Positions 1-9,352 of a DNA stretch of 64,000 bases are shown in pieces. The position numbers were made by a program, and so were the translations under genes. The notes under the pieces were generated by a model. That model saw only the letters and a list, made by a program, of their open reading frames with translations, did no database searches and had not been told where the DNA came from. Each line of letters starts with the position of its first letter. Within the stretch, counting starts at the first letter, position 1. The stretch comes from Myxococcota bacterium (GTDB lineage Bacteria; Myxococcota_A; Polyangia; Polyangiales; Sandaracinaceae). The stretch is from NCBI GenBank assembly GCA_036149055.1, contig JAYZQJ010000031.1:1-64000 (forward strand). Direction: 5' to 3'.

Positions 1-59
1 AGGGCCCCCAGCGCCCCGTCGCTGGGGTCGCGGCGCGAGCGCGAAGCGCGACGCGCCGG

Positions 60-125
60 CGGAGTCGGGAGGGGGGCCCCATTGGCGCTTTGCCCAATGG
101 GGGGAGGGTTTGCACCAAACCCTCC
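60..125. repeat. Interspersed palindromic element, family 1 (GGAGTCGGGAGGGGGGCCCC-hairpin-GGGGGGAGGGTTTG..CAAACCCTCC)
   Basis: Same arms recur at 18874-18938, with a partial copy at 18831-18863; two internal hairpins; lies a few nt downstream of the stop of a minus-strand gene. Confidence 0.75.
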
Positions 126-132
126 AAGAAAC

Positions 133-615
133 TCAACAGCTCCGGCCTTCGGTCACGGGCTGGAGCGAGTCGTCACCGGGGCACTGCATGCGGCAGGAGG
201 CGTCGGCGTCGCAGCTCATCGAGCAGCTCTCGCCCTCGCAGACGAAGTCGCAGCTCGAGCCGCTGCGGCAGGAGAGCGAGCAGCTGTTGCCCTGGCAGGT
301 CACGTCGCAGTCGGCGCCCTCGGCGCACTCGACCGAGCTGCTGTTGCCCGTGATCAGCGTGCAGTCGGTGCCGTCGCAGTCGAGGTTGCAGCTGTCCCCG
401 CAGGAGCCGGCGCAGCTCTCGGCGGCGCCGCACTCGAGGTTGCAGCTGTCGCCCGAGGCGTTGCAGCTCGCGACGTTCGAGAAGCCGCCGCAGGCCTCGG
501 AGCCGGGGCAGCTGAAGGCCGTGCCGTCGTAGGCGCAGTCGGCGGGGTCGCAGGGCGCGTCGCTCCCGCAGGCGCTCAGGACGAGGAGAGACGAAAGACA
601 GATCCAGCGGGTCAT
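133..615 (-). CDS. Cysteine-rich lipoprotein (160 aa, 26 Cys)
   Basis: Within ORF 133..846. MTRWICLSSLLVLSA-C is a lipoprotein signal; periodic C-x3-C-x4/5 pattern; TACCCT hexamer 6 nt before the ATG at 615. Confidence 0.75.
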   Translation of the reverse strand: MTRWICLSSLLVLSACGSDAPCDPADCAYDGTAFSCPGSEACGGFSNVASCNASGDSCNLECGAAESCAGSCGDSCNLDCDGTDCTLITGNSSSVECAEGADCDVTCQGNSCSLSCRSGSSCDFVCEGESCSMSCDADASCRMQCPGDDSLQPVTEGRSC

Positions 616-763
616 CGGGACAGGGTACTCCCGAGCGCCGCGGCTCGCAGGGCCGCCTTGCGAGATCGCCTCTCGGGGCTCAAGACACGCCCTGACGCGG
701 CGCGTCAAGACCGCGTCATGGCCGGCGGGACGAATCGACCCACATGGCAGCAGAGGAGCGTCC

Positions 764-1903
764 GTGCAGATCCTGATTCCGAGAGAGCGAGCGCCGGGGG
801 AGACCCGGGTGGCCGCCAGCCCCGAGACGGTGGGCCGGCTCGCCAAGGCAGGTCACTCGGTCCACGTGGAGCGCGGGGCGGGTGAGCGCGCGAGCTTCCC
901 GGACGAGGCCTACGCCGAGGCCGGGGCCGAGCTCGTGGGCGAGACCGAGGCCTGGGCCGACGCGCAGGTGGTCGCCAAGGTCGCCCCGCCGACGCCGGAG
1001 GAGACGGCGGAGATGAGCGCCGAGTCGATCCTGGTCGGCTTCTGCGCGCCGCACCGGGCAGTGGACGAGGTGAAGGCGCTGCGGGATCGGAAGGTGTCGT
1101 CGCTCGCGATGGAGCTGCTCCCCCGGATCACCCGCGCGCAGTCGATGGACGCGCTCTCGAGCCAGGCCTCGATCGCCGGCTACCGGGCCGCGCTGCTCGC
1201 CAGCACCCACCTCGACAAGCACTTCCCCCTCCTGATGACCGCGGCCGGGACCATTCAGCCGGCCAAGGTCGTGGTGATGGGCGCCGGGGTCGCCGGGCTC
1301 CAGGCGCTCGCGACCTGTCGCCGGCTCGGCGCCACCGTCGAGGTGAGCGACATCCGCCCCGAGGTGAAGGAGCAGGTCGAGTCCCTCGGCGGCCGCTTCA
1401 TCGACCTGCCGCTCGAGGAGAGCGGGGCCGGCGAGGGCGGCTACGCGCGGGAGATGGGCGAGGACTTCCTGCGCAAGCAGCGGGAGCTGATCGCCGAGCG
1501 CGTCGCTCAAGCGGACGTGGTCATCACCACCGCGAACATCCCCGGCCGCCCCGCCCCGCGCCTCGTCGAGGAGGAGGTGGTGAAGCGCATGCGCCCGGGC
1601 GCGGTGATCGTGGACCTCGCAGTCGAGACCGGCGGCAACTGCGCCCTCAGCGTCGCCGGCGAGACGGTCCGGCGCCACGGCGTGGTGATCGTCGGCCCGG
1701 TCAACGCGCCGGCCGCGATGCCGCGGGACGCGAGCCTGATGTACGCGCGCAACGTGCTCGCCCTGCTCGAGCACCTCGCGGGCGACGAGGGCGCCCCCCA
1801 GCTCGCGCTCGACGACGAGATCCTCGGCGCGATGCTGCTCACCCACGCGGGCGAGGTCCGGCACGCGCCGACCCGCGCGCGCCTCGAAGGAGACGAGTCA
1901 TGA
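764..1903 (+). CDS. pntAA: NAD(P) transhydrogenase subunit alpha part 1 (domain I)
   Basis: Motifs GETRVAASPE, PRITRAQSMDALSSQ, GAGVAGLQA and GEGGYA; GAGGAG RBS; stop overlaps the next start. Confidence 0.95.
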   Translation: MQILIPRERAPGETRVAASPETVGRLAKAGHSVHVERGAGERASFPDEAYAEAGAELVGETEAWADAQVVAKVAPPTPEETAEMSAESILVGFCAPHRAVDEVKALRDRKVSSLAMELLPRITRAQSMDALSSQASIAGYRAALLASTHLDKHFPLLMTAAGTIQPAKVVVMGAGVAGLQALATCRRLGATVEVSDIRPEVKEQVESLGGRFIDLPLEESGAGEGGYAREMGEDFLRKQRELIAERVAQADVVITTANIPGRPAPRLVEEEVVKRMRPGAVIVDLAVETGGNCALSVAGETVRRHGVVIVGPVNAPAAMPRDASLMYARNVLALLEHLAGDEGAPQLALDDEILGAMLLTHAGEVRHAPTRARLEGDES

Positions 1904-2196
1904 CCATGGGACCGGTGCTCATCGGCCTGTACGTCTTCGTGCTGGCTATCTTCGTGGGCTTCGAGCTCATCTCGAAGGTGCCCCCCACCCTGCACACGCC
2001 CCTGATGAGCGGCGCGAACGCCATCAGCGGCATCACGATCGTCGGCGCGCTCTACGCCGCCAAGGACGCCGACCCGTCGGTGGCCACCTGGCTCGGCTTC
2101 GCCGCGATCGCGCTCGCCACCATCAACGTGGTCGGCGGCTTCCTGGTGACCGATCGCATGCTGCGCATGTTCGGCGGACGCAGGGGGAAGAAGTGA
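1900..2196 (+). CDS. pntAB: NAD(P) transhydrogenase subunit alpha part 2 (membrane)
   Basis: VPPTLHTPLMSGANAISG and INVVGGFLVTDRML motifs. Confidence 0.95.
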   Translation: MTMGPVLIGLYVFVLAIFVGFELISKVPPTLHTPLMSGANAISGITIVGALYAAKDADPSVATWLGFAAIALATINVVGGFLVTDRMLRMFGGRRGKK

Positions 2197-3629
2197 GCGC
2201 GGCCGCCATCCAGTCGTCGCTCCCCCCGCTGGCGTACCTGCTCAGCTCGTCGCTGTTCATCTACGCGCTGAAGCGCCTCGGCCGGGTCAAGACCGCGCGG
2301 AGCGGCAACGCGATCGCGGCGGCGGCGATGCTGCTCGCGGTCGCCGGCACCCTGGTGGAGCTCGGCTTCGTCGACTACCGCTGGATCCTCGGCGGCGTCG
2401 CGCTCGGCGGCGCGCTCGGGGCCATCGCCGCGCTCCGGGTCGAGATGACCTCGATGCCGGAGATGGTCGCCATCTTCAACGGCTTCGGCGGCGCGGCCTC
2501 GTCGCTGGTCGCGCTCAGCGTCTTCTGGGGCCGCTTCGTGGAGGCCGGCGAGACGGGCAGCGCCTGGTCGGTGCTCGGACCGGCGGAGAGCGTGACCACC
2601 GCGCTCTCGGTGCTGATCGGCGGCGTCACCTTCACCGGGAGCGTGATCGCGTTCCTCAAGCTCCAGGGCCGGCTCGCCAAGGGCCGCCCGCTCATGCTGC
2701 CGGGCCGGCACGTGATCAACGCGCTGCTGGTGCTCGGCGCGGTCGGCAGCACGGTGGCCTTCAGCGGGGTGCTCGCCGGGCCGGACGACCTGACCGTCAG
2801 CCTGCTCGCGCTCACCGCGATCTCGCTCGTGCTCGGGGTGCTGCTCGTCATCCCGATCGGCGGCGCCGACATGCCCGTCGTGGTCTCGCTCCTCAACAGC
2901 TACTCGGGCCTCGCGGCGAGCGCGGCCGGCTTCGTCATCGGCAACCCGGCGCTCATCATCGCCGGCGCCATGGTCGGCGCGGCCGGGCTCATCCTCACCA
3001 ACATCATGTGCAAGGCGATGAACCGCTCGCTGGTGGCGGTACTGCTCGGCGGCTTCGGGCAAGACGGAGGCGGCGCGCAGGAGGACTCCGAGTACGTCGG
3101 CGTCACCAGCGCGGGCCCGGAGGAGGCGGCGCTCGTGCTCGAGGGCGCGCGGAACGTGATCATCGTGCCCGGCTACGGCCTCGCGGTCGCCCAGGCGCAG
3201 CACGCGGTGAAGGAGCTCGCGGGCGAGCTGGAGAAGCGCGGCGCCCACGTCCGCTACTGCATCCACCCGGTCGCCGGCCGCATGCCCGGCCACATGAACG
3301 TGCTGCTCGCGGAGGCGGACGTGCCGTACGAGCAGCTCTTCGAGCTCGAGGCGATCAACGCCGACTTCGCCACCTGCGACGTGGCCATCGTGCTCGGCGC
3401 CAACGACGTGGCGAACCCGGCCGCGCTCGAGGACGAGGGCAGCCCGATCTACGGGATGCCGATCTGCAACGTGCACGACGCGGCCACCGTCTTCGTCGTG
3501 AAGCGCTCCCTGAGCGCGGGCTACGCCGGCATCAAGAACCCGCTCTTCGAGCGCCCGAACACGTCGATGCTCTTCGGCGACGCGAAGAAGATGATGCAGG
3601 ATGTGCTGAAGGAGCTCCGCGAGCTCTAG
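2193..3629 (+). CDS. pntB: NAD(P) transhydrogenase subunit beta
   Basis: IGGADMPVVVSLLNSYSG, PGYGLAVAQAQH and HPVAGRMPGHMNVLLAEA motifs. Confidence 0.95.
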   Translation: MSAAAIQSSLPPLAYLLSSSLFIYALKRLGRVKTARSGNAIAAAAMLLAVAGTLVELGFVDYRWILGGVALGGALGAIAALRVEMTSMPEMVAIFNGFGGAASSLVALSVFWGRFVEAGETGSAWSVLGPAESVTTALSVLIGGVTFTGSVIAFLKLQGRLAKGRPLMLPGRHVINALLVLGAVGSTVAFSGVLAGPDDLTVSLLALTAISLVLGVLLVIPIGGADMPVVVSLLNSYSGLAASAAGFVIGNPALIIAGAMVGAAGLILTNIMCKAMNRSLVAVLLGGFGQDGGGAQEDSEYVGVTSAGPEEAALVLEGARNVIIVPGYGLAVAQAQHAVKELAGELEKRGAHVRYCIHPVAGRMPGHMNVLLAEADVPYEQLFELEAINADFATCDVAIVLGANDVANPAALEDEGSPIYGMPICNVHDAATVFVVKRSLSAGYAGIKNPLFERPNTSMLFGDAKKMMQDVLKELREL

Positions 3630-3661
3630 CTCGGCGCCTCGACCCTCAGGCGCCGGGCCCC

Positions 3662-4876
3662 GTGCCCGTGCCCCCCGAACTCTCCCGATCGGAGCGCCTC
3701 GTCGCGCTCGTCTGGCTCGCGTGTGGCGCGTGGTGCGCGTGGTTCCAGTGGCGGCACGACCTCGGGCTCCCCCTGCTCGACGAGGTGCTCGTGCCGCTCA
3801 CGCGACCGTCCGACCTGCTGGCGTCGCACTACGGGCATCGCATCCCGCTCCCCAGGCTCATCCTCTGGGGCCTGTACGAGCTCGGGGGACCGGCGGCGAT
3901 GCGCGCCGCGTCGTGGAGCTGTCCCTGGATCGCGGCCGGCGTCGCCGCTCGGCTGGCCCGCCGACTGCGGGGTCGCACGACGGCGGCGGACATCAGCTTT
4001 CCCCTCCTGCTGGCGGGCCCGTGGCACGCCTTCGGTGCCATCCACGCCTACGACCTCCACTTCGGGCTCCCGGCGCTCCTCGCCGTCGGCAGCGCTTACG
4101 CGCTCTTGCATCGGCGGGAGCTGTGCGGCGTCGTCCTTCTGGGGGCCTGTCTCGGCTGCGGCGTGAACGGCGTCTGCCTCGCGATCGGCCTCGCGGCGTG
4201 TCTCCCCTGGTGCGCGCGGAGCGCCCCTCGCGGCGCCGCCGTCGTCGTGGGCGTCTGCGCGTTCGGCGCGGCCCTCACCGCCGGCGCGTCGGGCGCGGAG
4301 CTGCCGGAGGTGCCCGTGACCGACGCGCTCTACACGTTCGGCGCTCTGACGCTGACCGTGCTGGATCGCGTGCCGGCCCGCTGGCCTCTGACCGTGGCCC
4401 CGGTCGCGCTCTTCTGGCTCACCGCCGGCGCGGTCACGCTTCGCTTCGGGGTCACGCGGACGCGGCTGCTGCCCCTGTGGGGCGGGCTGGTCGGCGCATC
4501 GTCGGCGTGGCTGGCGATCGCGTTGACGAGGGCGGTGCCCGCTGGCGAGTGGGCCTGGGTCCCCGGGCGCTATCAGACGCTCGTGGCGCTGCCCTACGTC
4601 TTCGCCCTGCTCCTCGTCGCCCGCGCGCAGCGGCGGCGTGCGGCCGCGTTGGCGCCGGCGGTCGTCCTGACCCTGAGCCTCCTCGCCGCCCTCCCCTCGG
4701 CGCTCGCACACGCGGACGAGATCGGGGCGTGGGTGGACGGGCTGGAGAGCGACACGCGCGTCGCGATCCAGAGCCTGTGGACCCCCGAGGAGCTCGCGAC
4801 GCACTACGGCGAGCGGCTCTTTCCCTACGACCGGGACGTCCTGGTCCGCTCCCTCCGCGCGGTGCTCGACCGCTGA
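3662..4876 (+). CDS. Hypothetical polytopic membrane protein
   Basis: 3' part of ORF 3008..4876, whose 5' part overlaps pntB; many hydrophobic segments; start (GTG 3662 or 3668) uncertain. Confidence 0.6.
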   Translation: MPVPPELSRSERLVALVWLACGAWCAWFQWRHDLGLPLLDEVLVPLTRPSDLLASHYGHRIPLPRLILWGLYELGGPAAMRAASWSCPWIAAGVAARLARRLRGRTTAADISFPLLLAGPWHAFGAIHAYDLHFGLPALLAVGSAYALLHRRELCGVVLLGACLGCGVNGVCLAIGLAACLPWCARSAPRGAAVVVGVCAFGAALTAGASGAELPEVPVTDALYTFGALTLTVLDRVPARWPLTVAPVALFWLTAGAVTLRFGVTRTRLLPLWGGLVGASSAWLAIALTRAVPAGEWAWVPGRYQTLVALPYVFALLLVARAQRRRAAALAPAVVLTLSLLAALPSALAHADEIGAWVDGLESDTRVAIQSLWTPEELATHYGERLFPYDRDVLVRSLRAVLDR

Positions 4877-4894
4877 CCGCGCTACCCTTCGCGC

Positions 4895-6550
4895 ATGTGG
4901 TCGACCCGCGTGACGCTCGCCCTCGCCCTCTTCGGCTGCTGCCTGACCGGCTGTGGAGCCAGCCCGGCGCCCACCCCTCGACACGCGCCGGTCGGGACGA
5001 GCGACGCCGCCCCCACGCCCGCGGTCGAGCGGCGCGCCGCGACGATGGGGACCCAGCGCGCGGAGCTGACCGCGGCCGACCCGATCAACGACGGGCAGGC
5101 CCACTACCACGTCTGGCAGCTCGAGCTGGACGGCAGCCAGCGGGTGCGGGTCCGCATGCGCAGCGGCGCGCTCGACCCGCTGATGGAGATCCGCGGACCG
5201 GGCGAGCAGCGCCTCCGGAACGACGACGCGTTCCCGGGCACGCTCGAGGCGATGATCGACTTCCAGCCGGGTGAGCCCGGGGTCTACGAGATCTGGACGA
5301 CCACCTACGCGGCTGGCCAGACCGGGCCCTACGACCTCAGCGTGGAGCCGGTCTCCCCCGAGGGCACCGGCCTCCCGCTGACCCTGGGCGAGGGGGCCGC
5401 GGCCGAGCTCGGGCAGCACTCGATCGACGGCCTGCCGGGGAGCTGGATCCGCTTCGAGGGTCAGGCGGGCAGCATCGTCCGGCTCCGCGTCACCTCGCAG
5501 GCCTTCGACACGATCGCGACGCTCATCGGCCCGGGCGGACAGACCTGGGTCAACGACGACGCCAACGACCTCGGCCCCGACGGCAGCGAGCGCGCGCTCG
5601 ACAGCACGGTCGTCGCCGCGCTGCCCCAGACGGGCGTCTACCAGCTCGTGGTGACGCCGTACGGGCGCGGGACCGGCGCGTTCGCGGTCCGGAGCGAGGT
5701 GCGGCCGCCGGTCGTGCTCGAGGACGGGCGGCGCCCCGAGGGGCTCGCGGGCGCGAACGGCGGCGGCCGGGTGCTCGGCGTGTTCGCCGGGATCACCGAG
5801 TACGAGACGCAGGGCCGGCTCTACGGCTGCGCCGACGACGCGCGCCTGCTGGCCGAGTCGATGCGCGCCGCGCACCTGCAGGACGAGTCCGATCAGGTCG
5901 TCCTCCCCGACGGGCTCGCCACCCGCGACGGCTTCCTGAGCGCGATCGCCCAGATGGCTCGCCAGTCGAGGCCGGAGGACGTGGTCGTGGTGTTCTTCAG
6001 CGGCCACGGCCAGCAGCAGCCCGACGGCGACGACGACGACGAGCTCGACGACCTCGACGAGACGATCGTGCTGCACGACGGCTCGCTGACCGACGACGAG
6101 GTGGTGGCCGCGCTCGACGGCGTGCAGGGCACGGTGCTGCTCGCGATCGACGCCTGCCACGCGGGCGGCTTCGCCGACGACTGGGTCCAGCGCCCGAACC
6201 GGATCGGCCTCTTCTCGAGCGACGAGGACGTGCTGAGCGACACCGCCGAGCCCCACCGCGCGGGCGGCTACCTCTCCTGGCACCTCCGGCGCGGGCTCCT
6301 CGGCGAGGCCGACAGCCGCCCCCGCGACGGCGTCCTGCACGCCGGCGAGCTCACCGACCATCTCTACGACGGCTTCGTCGCCGACCACGCCCTCATCAAC
6401 CCCGAGGACGAGCTCGACCGGGCCCAGCGCCTCGTCGTGCGGCGCGGCGCGGTGACCTGGGACCAGGTCCTCTGGGTCTACCCACGCAACCCGGATCTCT
6501 CCCTGCCCACGCTGCCGAGCCTCCCGCTCCAGAGCCCGCCCCCGGGTTGA
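4895..6550 (+). CDS. Lipoprotein with two PPC-like domains and a C-terminal caspase-family (peptidase C14) domain
   Basis: Lipobox LTG-C; NDD-containing beta-sandwich repeats; catalytic dyad motifs FFSGHG and IDACHAGG. Confidence 0.85.
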   Translation: MWSTRVTLALALFGCCLTGCGASPAPTPRHAPVGTSDAAPTPAVERRAATMGTQRAELTAADPINDGQAHYHVWQLELDGSQRVRVRMRSGALDPLMEIRGPGEQRLRNDDAFPGTLEAMIDFQPGEPGVYEIWTTTYAAGQTGPYDLSVEPVSPEGTGLPLTLGEGAAAELGQHSIDGLPGSWIRFEGQAGSIVRLRVTSQAFDTIATLIGPGGQTWVNDDANDLGPDGSERALDSTVVAALPQTGVYQLVVTPYGRGTGAFAVRSEVRPPVVLEDGRRPEGLAGANGGGRVLGVFAGITEYETQGRLYGCADDARLLAESMRAAHLQDESDQVVLPDGLATRDGFLSAIAQMARQSRPEDVVVVFFSGHGQQQPDGDDDDELDDLDETIVLHDGSLTDDEVVAALDGVQGTVLLAIDACHAGGFADDWVQRPNRIGLFSSDEDVLSDTAEPHRAGGYLSWHLRRGLLGEADSRPRDGVLHAGELTDHLYDGFVADHALINPEDELDRAQRLVVRRGAVTWDQVLWVYPRNPDLSLPTLPSLPLQSPPPG

Positions 6551-6561
6551 GCGGCCGACGG

Positions 6562-6597
6562 AAAAGAAAACGGGAGCGACGCGCTGCGCCGCTCCCG
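6562..6597 (-). terminator. Rho-independent terminator for the 6618..6995 gene, possibly bidirectional
   Basis: Stem CGGGAGCG/CGCTCCCG next to AAAAGAAAA (U-tract on the minus strand), between convergent genes. Confidence 0.75.
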
Positions 6598-6617
6598 CTC
6601 CGGTCGAGGCGGAGGCC

Positions 6618-6995
6618 TCAGTTGCCGGCGGCGGTCACGATGTGGAGCGTGTACGCCCCGCGGCCGTCGCTGTAGGCGCAGGCCTGGATCGTGTAGTCAC
6701 CGGCCTCGGCGGCGGTGTGGTTGAGGCGCGCGTTGAGCCCCTCACCGTCGTCGTTGTAGCCGACCTCGGCGCCACCGTGGGTCACGGCGACGTAGTTGTC
6801 GTACTCGCTGTCCATGTCGGCCCGAATCGTCCAGCCCTCACCGACGCTCACGTCGTAGCTGTCACACTTCTTGCCGTCGTACTCGGTGTCGCCGTCGGCG
6901 ATGTCACCGCTCTCGTTACGGTCAGCCGCTTCGTAGCTACCACCACAGGCGGCGAGCAGCGAGAGGGCCCCCAACACGATCAGAATGCGTCGCAT
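6618..6995 (-). CDS. Small PPC-domain lipoprotein
   Basis: Lipobox LAA-C; YNDDGEGLNARL..AGDYTI..GAYTL pattern; GGGAGA RBS. Confidence 0.8.
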   Translation of the reverse strand: MRRILIVLGALSLLAACGGSYEAADRNESGDIADGDTEYDGKKCDSYDVSVGEGWTIRADMDSEYDNYVAVTHGGAEVGYNDDGEGLNARLNHTAAEAGDYTIQACAYSDGRGAYTLHIVTAAGN

Positions 6996-7191
6996 GTCGT
7001 TCTATCTCCCTGAAAGTTCTCTCGGGCTCCATGAATACGTTCGAGGAGCTCGAATCTCCCCCCGCGTCGCAACGCCCATACCGTGACGGGCCTGCCCGCG
7101 GCGGCGGCGAGTGTCTCACCGCTTCGGGGATTCGTCACGTGACCTGTTGCGGACTGTCATTCGTTTTCCGGGAAACGTCTCGGTTCCCACG

Positions 7192-7225
7192 AAAAAGGCC
7201 CCGCTCCGGAGCGGAGCGAGGCCTT
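7192..7225 (-). terminator. Rho-independent terminator for the 7246..8640 gene
   Basis: AAAAAGGCCCCGCTCCG...CGGAGCGAGGCCTT hairpin with an A-run, 20 nt past the stop. Confidence 0.75.
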
Positions 7226-7245
7226 CTCGGTCGATCGCCGACGCG

Positions 7246-8640
7246 TCAGGGAGCCGCGGGCGGCCCGACCAGCACGCCGCAGCGGACCCAGTCACCGCTC
7301 ACCATCGGGTCCTGCGAGCCCTTGGTCAGGCGCAGGAGGTAGGTCCCGGCCGCGCTGACCGAGGCCTCCTCGATGGCGACGCCCTCGGTGGCCGACTCGC
7401 TGTCCATCTCGATGACGGTGGTCCCGGTCGAGTCGGTGAGGGCGGCCTGGAGGCCGACCACGCCCGAGCCGGCGGTGCGCGAGCCGCAGAAGATGCTCAC
7501 GACCTCGGTCGCGTCGGTGACCTCGAGGGAGAAGAAGTCCGTGTCTCCGTCGCCGACGTTGGCGCCGATGAAGGCGCGCTCCGCGCCCGGCACGCCCATG
7601 ACCGCCTCGAAGCTGAGCGCCTCGGGGGTGGCGGCGACGCCGTTGGTCGCCTCCATGGTCTCCGCCGGGTTGTCGACCCGACCGCGGAACATCTTCAGGA
7701 CGTAGAAGTCGGCCGCGCCGGCGCTGCCGCCGTGGTCGATCCAGAGGAGGTAGTCGCCCTCGGGGAGCGGCGGGTTGAGGCCGTCGAGCGCCGACGGGTC
7801 GATGCGCGCGATGACGTCCGAGCCGTCCGCGTTGGTGATCCAGATGGCGTTCGGGGTGACCGTCGAGCCGTTGCCGTCGGTGCCCACCGGCATCGGAATC
7901 ACGCGCGCGGCGACGCGCCCGGGGGTGATGCTGAAGGAGAAGACGTCGACGTCGGAGCCGTCGCGGAAGTCGCCCGCGATGATGCCGAAGTCGCTCGCCA
8001 TGCCCATGGTGTCGGCCGCGAAGCCGAGCGCGGTCGCGCTGGCCGCGTCGTCACCGCTCTCCGGATCGCCGGTCACCGCCTCGGCGTCGAAGTTCAGGCC
8101 GCCGATGGAGAGCTCGTAGGTGAAGTCGGCCTGACCCTCGGGGGTCTCGCCGGCCCACGTCGACCACTCCTGCACGAGCACGTAGTAGGTGCCGTCCGCC
8201 GGGAGCTGCGTGATGATCTCGCTGTCCGTGTTGACGCGCGGCTGCCCATCGTCGTTCTCGGCGATCTGGTTCATCGCGCTGTCGTAGAGGGTGATGACGG
8301 TGTCGACCATCTCGGGGTCGTCGTCGGCGTTGGCCTCGGTGCTCAGGATGACCCAAGCGCCGGCGGCACCTTCGAACGAGTAGTAGTCGAGGTCGCCGGG
8401 CTCGCCGATGGCGCCCATCGCCATGCCCTCGGTGAGCGGGGTGGCGTCGGCGAACGTGTCGTTGCCGTCGCCCATCATGACGCCGCTGTCCGGGTCCGTC
8501 GTCCCGGTGTCCGGATCCATCATGGTCCCGGTGTCGGGCATGTCCGTGCCGCTGTCGGGATCGCCCGCGCCGTCGTCACAGCCGAAGGCCAGCGCGCTGG
8601 CCAGAAGGAGAGTCGTCCAAGTCAGGTTTCTCATGTTCAC
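7246..8640 (-). CDS. Acidic lipoprotein with repeated PPC-like domains
   Basis: Lipobox AFG-C; PDSG/PDTG linker; GDLDYYSF, DVDVFSF and DTDFFSL repeats; AENDD motif; GAGGTG RBS. Confidence 0.8.
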   Translation of the reverse strand: MNMRNLTWTTLLLASALAFGCDDGAGDPDSGTDMPDTGTMMDPDTGTTDPDSGVMMGDGNDTFADATPLTEGMAMGAIGEPGDLDYYSFEGAAGAWVILSTEANADDDPEMVDTVITLYDSAMNQIAENDDGQPRVNTDSEIITQLPADGTYYVLVQEWSTWAGETPEGQADFTYELSIGGLNFDAEAVTGDPESGDDAASATALGFAADTMGMASDFGIIAGDFRDGSDVDVFSFSITPGRVAARVIPMPVGTDGNGSTVTPNAIWITNADGSDVIARIDPSALDGLNPPLPEGDYLLWIDHGGSAGAADFYVLKMFRGRVDNPAETMEATNGVAATPEALSFEAVMGVPGAERAFIGANVGDGDTDFFSLEVTDATEVVSIFCGSRTAGSGVVGLQAALTDSTGTTVIEMDSESATEGVAIEEASVSAAGTYLLRLTKGSQDPMVSGDWVRCGVLVGPPAAP

Positions 8641-8730
8641 CTCGTGTGAAGCGGCACGCTAGCAACCCGATCCAGGGGCGTCGAGGCACGTCGGTCGCGC
8701 TCCGGGCCGCGAAGGTGTACGAATCCGCTC

Positions 8731-9342
8731 ATGGCCCGACGGGAGATCGTCCTCACCTACGGCGAAGAGCAGACCGCCTTCAAGTTCACGCGCGTCGACC
8801 GCAGCAAGCTCTACGGTCGAAAGGAGCGCGTGATCCTCGACGAAGACGGCGAGCGCTGCGTCCCCGCCTACCTCACCCACGACGGCGCGGCGCTCGTCCC
8901 CCCGGGCGGCACCGCGCACATCTACGTCGACGAGGCGTTCGACACGGTCGAGCGCTCGGACCTGAAGGCGGTCGACGACGAGGGCGAGCCGCTCGAGCCC
9001 TACGCCTCGACCCTGGGAGAGCCGCAGCCGCTGACGCCGGTCGATCCCGCGCGGGTCCTCGACTGCCTCGTGACCAGCGTCTACGAGCTCGCGGCCGAGG
9101 AGCTGGGCGCGGCGCTGAAGAAGTCCCTCGACGACGGCGACCTCTTCGAGAGCGTCTACAACTACCGCGAAGGCTACGACCCCGACGTGCTCTTCTTGCT
9201 GAAGAACGACGAGGGGATCTTCGCCCTGGTCGCCAAGGAGACCGGCTTCGAATTCCTGACCCGCGAGGCCCCCGAGGCCGACGACGAGGACGAGGACGAG
9301 GTCGACGAGCTCGATGACGATCTCGACTTCTCGATGATGTGA
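8731..9342 (+). CDS. Hypothetical protein, candidate divergent Ku-like subunit A with acidic C-terminal tail
   Basis: Clean coding pattern; first gene of an operon with a DNA ligase; segments resemble the Ku core by eye; ends DDEDEDEVDELDDDLDFSMM. Confidence refers mainly to the CDS; the Ku call is inferred. Confidence 0.65.
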   Translation: MARREIVLTYGEEQTAFKFTRVDRSKLYGRKERVILDEDGERCVPAYLTHDGAALVPPGGTAHIYVDEAFDTVERSDLKAVDDEGEPLEPYASTLGEPQPLTPVDPARVLDCLVTSVYELAAEELGAALKKSLDDGDLFESVYNYREGYDPDVLFLLKNDEGIFALVAKETGFEFLTREAPEADDEDEDEVDELDDDLDFSMM

Positions 9343-9352
9343 GAGGACGCCG

